Part shown: one piece after another, positions 59,201-64,000 of the stretch | Position numbering within the stretch: position 1 is the stretch's first letter | Layout: the number at the start of each line of letters is the position of its first letter | Assembly (NCBI GenBank): GCA_040752575.1 | Contig: JBFMGK010000003.1 | Coordinates: forward strand, 96,001 to 160,000 | DNA: 64,000 nucleotides | Direction: 5' to 3' | DNA from: Candidatus Bipolaricaulota bacterium | GTDB lineage: Bacteria > Bipolaricaulota > Bipolaricaulia > UBA7950 > UBA9294 | The notes under the pieces: model-generated | Databases searched by the model: none | Seen by the model: the letters and a program-made list of their open reading frames with translations, nothing else | What the model was told of the DNA's origin: nothing | Translations under genes and position numbers: made by a program

Positions 59201-61074
59201 GGTCCGTCGGTCACGCTGACCGGCGTCGCGATTCCGTCGATGCTCGCCGACGCGCTGCCGGGGACGACCGCAAGGCCGTTCTCTTTCAGGAAGGCGTAGG
59301 AGAAATCGCTGAACGTGATCGTGTCCAGAGCTGGATCGTCCGCGAAGGGGTGGGCGTCGGTGAGGGTCACCGAATCCCCGCAACGCTCCAGCGTTGACGA
59401 CGAGATCGTGTAGTCCGACGTGTAGAGGCGATCGCACGTCACGGCCGTCGTGGACGTCGCGGAGGCCGTCAGCACGCACCCGCAGCAACTCAGCGCCGTC
59501 GCTGTGACTTCGTTGGTCTGCTCGGTGTAGCAGTAGTCGCAGTCGAGAGGGACACTCACGATGAGTTGCCACGAGACGACCGACGTCACCGAAGGGTCGA
59601 ACGTCCAGACCACGGTACCGCCCGTTCCTCCCGGCCCCGGGGTCCACGTTCCCCCGCCCGTCGCGATGACGGGGAAGCCGTCGGGAAGGGTGTCCGTAAC
59701 CGTCACGAGGCCGGTGGAGCCGGAGCCGCATCCCGTCGGCCCGGTGTAGCTGGCCGTGATCTCGTAGGTCACGTCTTGGCCGTATCCCACGACAGCGGGT
59801 CCTGACTTGGAGAGTGTTAGGCGAGGAGCCGCCGATGCACTGACGGAGCCGAACTGCGGCTGTGCGCGGTGCAAGACGCCGCAATCGTTCGTGTACTCCA
59901 GCGTATAAAGGGGCGTGCCGCTGGGCGTTGTCGCGCACCAGTCTCCGTTGAACGTGACGTCGAAGATCAGATCGAACGCCGATCCGCCGGCGATGTCAGG
60001 CAGGTTGAAGCATCCGCCGCTGTACGTCGCGCCCCCCTGAACGTTCGAGATGATCATCGCGTCCAGGCCTGTTGCGCAGAGCACGCCGTCGTGCGCCGTG
60101 CCGTCGCCCGTGTTGATGACGGGGATGGTGACCGTTGTCGTGGTCGCGCAGTAGGGGATCACGATCGACGGCGCGGCGAACTCGAGAAACGGGAGTCGCT
60201 GGACAAACGACACGGAAGACGTCGCCGTGCCACACCCGCACTCGCCGAAGTTCGTTGCCGTATCGGCGCAGAGTTCGCCGTCGTCGCAGCCGAACTTCGC
60301 GTCGAGCTCGTTCCCGAGACCCGTGCACGCCACAACGCGGGCGACGAGCGTGATGAATACGGAGTCGTCGGGATCGATGTCGGCCAGCCCGGGAACAGAG
60401 CCGGAGTCCCATGTGACGATGCCCCCCGCCTCGGACCCCGATGGCGACGACGAGACGTACTCAAGCCCCGCGCCTAGAGTGTCCGTGACCAAGACGTTTC
60501 GAATGCTCCCGAGACCCGTGCTGCGGACCTCCAGCGTCCATGTGACCAGATCCCCCACGCCGGCGGACGGAGACGCCGGCGTCTTGATCACCGCGACGGC
60601 TCCGGGAAGGATCTCCACGGCGTGAGAGTCTGTCACGTGAAGAGAGACGCCCGGCTGGGCGCACTCGATGTAGTCAACCTCCGCAAGGTCCGTTCCGGAG
60701 ACCGCAAGGCATGTCGTGGCAAGCTCGAATTCGAGCGTGGCGGTCTCGCCGGGCGGGAGCTCATAGCTTCCTCCGACGATCGAGTCGAGATCCCAGGCAT
60801 TGAGCACCGGATCGGCGGCACGCGTCTCGCCCGTGTGCAGTGTGATGGCGCCCGATCCCGGGACGAACTCGTACTCGGCGCTGGGTGGTGTGTTCCGGAA
60901 GACAATCTGGCAGGCGGTCTGAGTCGGGCTGGAGTTCGTGAACGACATCACGAAGGTCCCCACATCGCACAGTTCGAGCGAACTGGGTCCGGACAGAAGC
61001 TGTGCCGTCGCCGCGCCCGAAACCAGACCCACCATCAGGAGTGCACCCCAGATACCGCGGAGTCTATTCAACAC
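47203..61074 (-). CDS. Giant (4623 aa) secreted DUF11/CARDB repeat protein
   Basis: GTG start with GAGGAGG; signal peptide; many K...(V/P)GD.V.[YFW].L.V.N.G...A..V...D.LP DUF11 repeats; CARDB repeats PDL...CEC.[EG].NN; Cys-rich; uninterrupted 13.9 kb ORF. Confidence 0.9.
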   Translation of the reverse strand: MLNRLRGIWGALLMVGLVSGAATAQLLSGPSSLELCDVGTFVMSFTNSSPTQTACQIVFRNTPPSAEYEFVPGSGAITLHTGETRAADPVLNAWDLDSIVGGSYELPPGETATLEFELATTCLAVSGTDLAEVDYIECAQPGVSLHVTDSHAVEILPGAVAVIKTPASPSAGVGDLVTWTLEVRSTGLGSIRNVLVTDTLGAGLEYVSSSPSGSEAGGIVTWDSGSVPGLADIDPDDSVFITLVARVVACTGLGNELDAKFGCDDGELCADTATNFGECGCGTATSSVSFVQRLPFLEFAAPSIVIPYCATTTTVTIPVINTGDGTAHDGVLCATGLDAMIISNVQGGATYSGGCFNLPDIAGGSAFDLIFDVTFNGDWCATTPSGTPLYTLEYTNDCGVLHRAQPQFGSVSASAAPRLTLSKSGPAVVGYGQDVTYEITASYTGPTGCGSGSTGLVTVTDTLPDGFPVIATGGGTWTPGPGGTGGTVVWTFDPSVTSVVSWQLIVSVPLDCDYCYTEQTNEVTATALSCCGCVLTASATSTTAVTCDRLYTSDYTISSSTLERCGDSVTLTDAHPFADDPALDTITFSDFSYAFLKENGLAVVPGSASASIDGIATPVSVTDGPTSVEFRVMDTRSVRGHTLTFTYDLQATSTSTPTCGASSSFYVWMSHEIPSVGPCTLFYDTVQLTLQPPAMSVSVSGVPTIQEDCATYPVTISFARTSSVAVPYDARLVLTGTAGVLADFAGATGSGVAPSEPPIVGANTVEWRFADGFSTPGSSASLTVPVTTKCGGPLAALSAVGTYDDLCTDDDGYDDTCSVSGSDAASLRLSGDVYITMTPEAVYTTQRSVTWRIELYNSSNGTAYNVYVDDLLGSGLAYASSSASGYSGALTTQPNQDHSGGAINGASFLFERIEPGERPVIQFTADLVSCSNLTHAATVGWGCGGASCQPERSDSSYVLVAPASVVATSLAPTPLDACAVDKATITLRSSGIATAYDLVATATLPTGLSYLGNAEYRVSGGPWNPAAAPNGAPGPTLTWDGAQVPALAAVAAGTTVEIRFDVAADCGFNGGTLQARSSYENPCGQVFLSGIGSFTIATRKPSLSLTVTQTSPAPGQPIACDGTVTWQIRVSNGGPAVASVVWVEATLGAGVTYASSTGGVDGGHGSGQDVTWEIADLGVGETETLTVTAASASCGPLSNSVRAYWACGGDGSSASAPSCLSSSYASGSATATRTISLSSAGTLSPTSIGACADEATLTLTLTNNSTSAPAYSPDVKITLPAGLAYLAGSTEIDCGSGFAPAANPVQAGQVLTWYSTSASGPGNDLCSTIPPGGEVAVRFGVSAACYRTTASATIDTYAYDCCSETQVHTTSTVTLTAAPPTLSVTKTPSTTVLDCANPGSTVTWTITVTNTGASIAEFVRIIDTLGADLVRVSGGTQIGANPQQWGWEIGPLAPGGSQSVQLGVRLAPPPDNCTASRRTGTAVTTWGCTLAALDGDPNTTAEYLCTSSGGSVTRTATVTVPDLSISASDISPQFTCESDGISDGRLLLTVRNAGTAAISSDFTISFSESTTGWTGSGTFTSLGGTLPLAAGGSQVLTLSGWPIACSSCSYTFAATLDTGGLVCECRENNNIASLVYTPTIPDVVVHASTLAPSCAGDGQLRIQGSVTLRNQGCGASSLTTNIPMRFTVFAGASCGGTVLDQWTQTFTGVSLAAGGGTQAFAVDRTTTANACSPCEISVQIEADDSNTLCECSGTNNTFCATALPVAFPDLIASGIDFAGLGCTGDTISGLAAVTVTNTGCGSAGAFDVGLATSGCLAFASQRVTSLAAGASVVVQFPVAGAWSGCATCDCTFTATVDTGNEVCECTGTNNTGTAVYTSPLPDLVITTFTASAPNPCLPGSAQVTVRNSGCGIAPSGVVVGITGAATGQASTTVALAAGESETITVPFAAPVGCGSGYAVTATADPANAVCECTGANNTASTTFSVSAPDLAVSNVGAVCNLDDTFTVTASIRNTGGQTATGVSIRVYADGTRVHEETQSIDAGATYSLSYTTPPLLCATPHAIRVVADEAGVICECSEADNEASIAAALCTCPALTTAKSITNVWRSGASIWPTSTVESGDVVEYMATITNNGAAIAFHVDLADTLPDGLVYHTAAPGHNGEYTLSAGGSGTFPVPAGGSTFTTSLHATLAVGASLTLRYCAIAQSTLEQGDILTNIVTGDGQEGSGRDIPAGSASVTIEADRPALKVNKTIADVLRGGSSVGTSGPVEPGDLIVYRFVVRNVGEGTAYAVSISDTLPTGLLTETAAPGSAGTYTVSAPASSGSLGLTSGLTSFTAAVGAALAGGGTLTADYTARVTSAAVQGIALVNVAQANGVDNLGAATAASNAAAGDLSDDDAEDPDADDTGIASIDVAEPALSVDKRVVDVRRGGSSIGVVDPLLYGDLIIYRIVVRNVGEGTAYAVELEDDLPTGIVVDTSGPQGSGTYSVSAPVAGGSLGLADGAGGFSTSLDATVAGGETLTVEFAARVTLSAPPGVSLTNVATATGEDGFGTAIPISNAALGDTNDDDAEDSDPDDTGIATIRVGAPALVTEKRIDRVLRGARPVSSENVEPGDVVAYTLVVRNVGSGPALNVSVVDTLPEELDYRGPTNAAWPRGSSTVAPAGAPGPTLTWSLGAALEPGEALTLSYEAKVSNRVRQGLRYENTMLAAGEDAAGAAIPADARDTVPEDDDLDDASSASLQAVQPALVTEKRVLDVVRGGTRLGATAAVREGDLVTFELVVQNVGLGTAYDVDVRDALPPPFTYVSGTTDARWPLGTGTATADPLGGPSSLWWPLDARLAPDNVLTLRFQARVNGPTRAGTAYENRMSADGFDGDHNAIPANASASVRADTDLDDQDDAVLFGAADVPALVTHKSVSAVLRDGRNVADDRVELGDTVRFALVVRNVGTATAFSVDVSDRLPPEMSYVRGSARVTTPDRIFSAEPSDAGDSLLFDLDATLAIGQALTVHLDAVVDQPVVDGRRYVNRLQATGRDADGAVIAPDQRSLVPDDVDADDADTAAVIARSWLADGAGGVVEVPVLRKTAETLGSGGCLGIEAVAGAVWFQTDIALFAASEFASFAAESGTNDRFPDTLLPTWTRTVAHDLGQAATDNVLQVAVLSSIGVPLERAPRIAARAEAAGISLEAALAERLAELAAAAGLSTFDSPPAGRWIALEYAGGEPVFEASRDSTWGASGQWTEIDRRIVASNLGMGLLSGAQAAAARVTSQDAADRYTGWVLAEGLANKLQVLEGALLASTDGATTHVAHEAREREATGELEILDDASVLFDQVALIWGAARTLAWVRGANDWPAGERELASSLEAGAASVLDRAARAIAVYHAAPDGEFYGRSPSDAEPQRLLASTIDVALLLIATDEAADLAGVHGDVASRLRDAAEICLAKRQRSDGTFVEPSTTAGVFTALASQFAGIYGSLVAGNVEAAWKAYDALERDAWDGSLGFGLYRLDRGTFCTTALDMGLAVGALRRLAQGGDAQDAAQVLGRLAAYVRSVVDDGALQLDNALTESGARIVQGDGFGTLFGVSANAGADFAPVLQRWLCLVETGSESACGGLRVLDDSPWYQTDIGMFGAYALQASGIGREDDADAHLVAVILHSGLGLGSDAIEGFTSLDGRIAASLPTAEVRPTLIPFFAGDPVIGREPVTGLAWNPATFDTRIVPSALGMTLLREAQETSQILASVERSSEDEALVRALVAGIAAQVSALEDLQVPGPDGVSYLPHVSSARTTGGRTTYEAVDRTSQLFDHASVLLGLCEVARLTADPEAQALLAEIPVDPLAFPGRIASLAQMALSTLETAHRRGTERVLADSATPSNASWLPGDRVSALGLGLVAEALEGTLDVFSGARSTEIARQLLEEGASFVLSHLWTGQGVYRERWDAVPVEGAVCEPPTLGGQLGALRSLLAAHSVGFADLSAEIRAAVLAFDDRFWNHEAEAFAGAPDLLSWCATPLELGLALTALPSAAGFAEPVDADRIRAHIRRHVGRTLDALDLQLPARVEDQEGSTLLKAPVLDRRACVEPASPYRGVAWTRPGDIVRYVMEAENPTAEAFYSVLVTDVLPPGVHLLSAEPAPVSVDGQTLVWTYDSLEAGEIKRWTLEVRIDEDRPLGETLTNCVTLSAIDARGEPIPPRQACADVSLSTADDAWGGALRDAAVDYRTHEAMRLSVALDDLVTLDGLGEASAEATAASLANLGVLLGESGLGVPLSQFAQTTFFDAPSLAREAGLPAPPEFGAPIVLPSSGGVPIVERGVGFVDRAEDVSPAALGWTLAREAGFLATPRGDGLAAYLQSYVSAAVDWQVEWLRQTLTTSADGTASLVHGTRIVATEQGVDFTTSDPRVLAADQASILFGLARITTAAGASDAARRNAGEMAGGFVTAVCRHVLDDGTVSATLESDLLAGLTDVVLVARGLAEAVLTPTERSAEAAAALAAIARNVLNLEPAGIAEAAARVEILLIAARALGDVELRSAGLAAWEAFAATARAADGRLVFSDFARLGWRYTPAEAALAFELLGEILASGHGEGVAQLAAELLRVDILGERVYLRPVLGYWRDHVGLACLTEAPAFVRHAAP

Positions 61075-61393
61075 TGCTGACCCTCCTCACAACCCCTAGC
61101 CACGTCTTCATGCCAATTGCCGATTATACACATGCCCGCCGCCGTCAGCGGGGACATCTGCGGCTGCCGACTCGTCCCGCGCGTCCCACGCCCCGCGTGG
61201 ATCTGCGAGGGTGGAGTCCCCCTGCGCTGCGGGCGTGGTGTTCCGCGCGATCGACGACGTGCCGGCGCCTACCGGCAAGGCTCCCGTAGATCGAGGCGTC
61301 GTGGCCAGGTCCGGGAGTCGGCCCTTACGAGCGTCGTCAACATCGGATCCCCGGGCACCTTGTCGCAGACCGTTCAACGCGCTACACAGGAGC

Positions 61394-62209
61394 GTGCCCA
61401 ACCGACCCCGGCGACACTTCATCGGCAGAGACCGGCGCTCTTCCTGGCCGCTGCTCGTTTCTCTGGGCCTCGTGACGCTGATCGGGCCGGCCCCTTACGT
61501 CGCGGGGCTCACGGTCTCGGTGTCCGAGTTCGATCTCGCGGCGACTCCCTGTGAGCAACGCACGCTCACCTTCGTCGTGCTCAACGATGAGCCGCGCAGC
61601 GCGCTCCTTGAGATCGTCATCGTGGATTGGGACGAAGCGCCCGATGGAACCACCAAGCTGTTCCCGGTCGGCGACGTCGACCGGTCTTGCGGGATGTGGA
61701 TCGCTGTCCCCTCCGGCCAACTCGCTCTGGCCCCGTTCGAGGAGGCCGAGGTTACGATCTCCCTCGAGGTGCCTCCCGGGGTTCGCGGGACGTACTGGAG
61801 CGGCCTGCTTGTGCGTGCCGCGATGCCGGCCGCGCCGGCCGCAGGCCTTGTCGTCTCTCGCGAGGCGCTCGTCCGCCTCTTCTTCACGGTGTCCCCGGCG
61901 ACGCGGTCCACAGCGGTGACCGACATGGAGGTCGTGTCCGTCGAGCCTTTCTCCGCGTCGGTCGAGCTCGAGAACGCAGGCGAGACGCGGGTTCGATTTC
62001 GCGAGGCCATCGTCACAGTGGAGGGACCGGCGCGAGCCGTTCGAACGGTGGTACTGCCTGCAACGGACGTTCTTCCAGGGCGAACCGTCCGGCTCTCCAC
62101 TTCGGCACCGTGGGGTCTGGCCGAAAGCGGGATCTACATCATCCGCGCCGTCTTCGACGATGGTGGAGAGACCCTGATTGCCGGCCAGATTGCCGTACGC
62201 GTCCCCTAG
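61394..62209 (+). CDS. Exported Ig-fold protein, PapD-chaperone/DUF916-like (start uncertain; ORF open from 61211)
   Basis: Signal-like segment, then TLTFVVLND...DWD...RSCGMWI...LAPFEEAEVTISLEVP...GTYWSGLLV...LENAGET...VLPG. Confidence 0.62.
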   Translation: MPNRPRRHFIGRDRRSSWPLLVSLGLVTLIGPAPYVAGLTVSVSEFDLAATPCEQRTLTFVVLNDEPRSALLEIVIVDWDEAPDGTTKLFPVGDVDRSCGMWIAVPSGQLALAPFEEAEVTISLEVPPGVRGTYWSGLLVRAAMPAAPAAGLVVSREALVRLFFTVSPATRSTAVTDMEVVSVEPFSASVELENAGETRVRFREAIVTVEGPARAVRTVVLPATDVLPGRTVRLSTSAPWGLAESGIYIIRAVFDDGGETLIAGQIAVRVP

Positions 62210-62268
62210 CCCACGTCTCAACAGGACCGGGAGGAGGAAACATCGAGTCACGAGGGAGGCGGCCGACC

Positions 62269-62769
62269 ATGCGCTCACAAGACACGGGAAGATCCCTGCT
62301 GCGTCGCCTGCTGGTCTTTCTCGCGCTGGGCGCGTTGGGAGCGTCCGTTCTCGCGGTCGAGACCTCGGTCGACGTCAAGGTCCGATGGCGCGTTCTCCCG
62401 TACCAATCGTTGTCCGTTGTCGGATCCGCGTCGGCGGGATCGACGATTGAGCTCGCTCTTCCCCAGGAGTCGCCGCTCGGGAGCGGGCAAGACGAAACGC
62501 CGCGTGCGCTTCGCCTGCTCGTGGCGAGCAACGTTCCATGGAAGGTGCAGATCCGGCTCGAGGGCGAAGGCATCTCCTCGGCGGCGTACGTTGAAGCCCG
62601 CCAGACCGGCGGGACGTACGTCTTCCTTTCCGGAGATCCGGTGATCGTCGCGCGCGGAGCCCACGGAGTCTACGACGTCGACCTCGACATCCGGTGGACG
62701 ATCGGCGGACCCTCTGCCCGCGAGGTCCTACAGCGCACGCGGCTGATCGCCACGATTCTCCCCGACTAG
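62269..62769 (+). CDS. Exported pilin/fimbrial-subunit-like protein
   Basis: GGGAGG RBS; signal peptide ending VLA; VDVKVRWRVLPYQSL...LLVASNVPWKVQI; C-terminal beta-strand LIATI. Confidence 0.55.
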   Translation: MRSQDTGRSLLRRLLVFLALGALGASVLAVETSVDVKVRWRVLPYQSLSVVGSASAGSTIELALPQESPLGSGQDETPRALRLLVASNVPWKVQIRLEGEGISSAAYVEARQTGGTYVFLSGDPVIVARGAHGVYDVDLDIRWTIGGPSAREVLQRTRLIATILPD

Positions 62770-62824
62770 GCCGCCGTGCGGTGCGTCTGGACGGGCCCGG
62801 GAGTCCTGCGATAGAGTGGGAGCC

Positions 62825-64000
62825 ATGAAGAGCGGGTTTCCTCTAGCCAAGCGGATCTGGGCCGCTGCCTTGTCCTCCGTCCTCGTGGGGGCGGCGTTCC
62901 TCGCGTCGTGGGCGCTCACGCGAGATCGTCTACCGATGGGCACGATTCTGGTCCCGCGAGACGCCGAAACCGTGGCTGCAGCCCTGGAACGCGTCGAGAC
63001 CGGAGGCACCATCGCGCTGGACGCCGCGCACGGGCCGTTCTCGGGCCCGTTGACCCTTGACGTCGAAGGGGTTCGTCTGATTTCACACAACGGACGGGCA
63101 CTCGTCGAGGGTGCCGGAGGCCCGGGGATCCTCCTGTTGGCTCATGGCACCTCCGTCGACGGCGTGTCGGTGCGCACCGCCTCTGTGGGAGTCACCGTTA
63201 CCGGCTCGAACTGCGTGGTACGAGACGTCGACGTGCAGAGGTGCGTCCAGGGAATCGATCTCACGGGAGGCCACGACAACCGCGTTGTCGGCGTTCGAGT
63301 TGTCGGCGGTCGCCTCGGCCTCGCCGTGACATCGGCTCGCCACGAGCTGAGGGACCTCTTCCTGTCAGACCTTGACGAGGCTGGCGTCCACGTGGTCGAC
63401 GCGTCGGAGATCTCCATCGAAAACGCGAACGTCGTCGAGTGCCGCGTCGGCCTGTCCATCGAGCGTTCGACGGATGTGCGGATCGAGAGGTCCCGAATCC
63501 TCGAAGGCGATGTGGGGGTGGAGATTGTCGCGAGCGAAAGAGCGGACGCCCGCTCGGTCTCTGTGGCGGGCGTCAGGACAGGCATGCTGTTTCGAGACGT
63601 TGAGATGGCAACGGTCGAGGACTGCTCCTTCCGTGACGTAAGCGGCGTCGGCGTGTCCATGGTCGACTCCCCGCGCGTCCGCGTCGCGCGATCCTCGTTC
63701 CAGGGTTGCGATGTCGGCGTCGAGGCGTCGGGTGCTGAGGACCACACGATTTGCGACAACACGTTTGCGGATTGCGTCGCTTCCGGCGTGCTCGTTCGCT
63801 CCTCAGCCGGCGACGTCGTCGCTCGCAATGACGTGCGCGGCGGAAGGCTCTGCATCTGGCTCGATCGTGCCGTCGGGCCTTGGGTTCTCAGAAACACGGC
63901 GGCGCAGGCAGGTGCTGTCGGGCTGCTTCTGGAAGGCGTCGAGAAGGCGCTCGTCTTGGACAACCAGGTCGTCTCGGCTCCCAGTGGATTGGCGTTGGTC
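62825..64000 (+). CDS. Right-handed parallel beta-helix (NosD/pectin-lyase-like) protein, truncated by the window edge
   Basis: Manual translation: MKSGFPLAKRIWAAALSSVLVGAAFLASW...VPRDAETVAAALERVETGGTIALD...; repeated GI.L/GV.V beta-helix turns; open to the window end. Confidence 0.78.
   Translation, partial: MKSGFPLAKRIWAAALSSVLVGAAFLASWALTRDRLPMGTILVPRDAETVAAALERVETGGTIALDAAHGPFSGPLTLDVEGVRLISHNGRALVEGAGGPGILLLAHGTSVDGVSVRTASVGVTVTGSNCVVRDVDVQRCVQGIDLTGGHDNRVVGVRVVGGRLGLAVTSARHELRDLFLSDLDEAGVHVVDASEISIENANVVECRVGLSIERSTDVRIERSRILEGDVGVEIVASERADARSVSVAGVRTGMLFRDVEMATVEDCSFRDVSGVGVSMVDSPRVRVARSSFQGCDVGVEASGAEDHTICDNTFADCVASGVLVRSSAGDVVARNDVRGGRLCIWLDRAVGPWVLRNTAAQAGAVGLLLEGVEKALVLDNQVVSAPSGLALV

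Noticed and set aside
1..64000. tRNA, rRNA, transposase or prophage genes
   Set aside because: No cloverleaf/T-loop signatures in intergenic gaps, and no DDE, recombinase or phage structural motifs recognised

Overview
High-GC bacterial chromosomal window. The gene content and the many -10-adjacent start codons suggest a thermophile- or anaerobe-type lineage such as Ca. Bipolaricaulota, but this assignment is inference only. Most of the window is housekeeping: glyQS (partial), tex, a stand-alone fusA, ychF-like, corA, peptidases, a glyA-gcvT fusion, rpsF-ssb-rpsR, an ADP-forming acyl-CoA ligase, asnS and a MATE pump. Three accessory loci stand out. (1) At 33.8-36.2 kb, three tandem near-identical small-peptide genes that the ORF track misses (ending ...AAAALAIGETLKWRPGA) are followed by a membrane HD-GYP protein and a DUF5317-like membrane protein with a signal-peptidase-II-like aspartate motif. 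This is a candidate peptide-signalling system coupled to c-di-GMP. (2) At 41.1-47.1 kb, an XRE-HTH/TOBE regulator with a palindromic operator heads an ECF transporter operon carrying five molybdopterin-oxidoreductase-like domains. This is a candidate Mo/W or pterin-cofactor uptake system. (3) At 47.2-64 kb, a 4623-aa secreted DUF11/CARDB protein with three ~450-500-aa unexplained repeats is divergent from chaperone/pilin-like genes. Also noted are an SPT-like + SDR pair (possible sphingolipid synthesis), a leader-peptide/terminator attenuator at 27.1-27.3 kb, and repeated leaderless-type starts. No rRNA, tRNA, CRISPR array or transposase was recognised.
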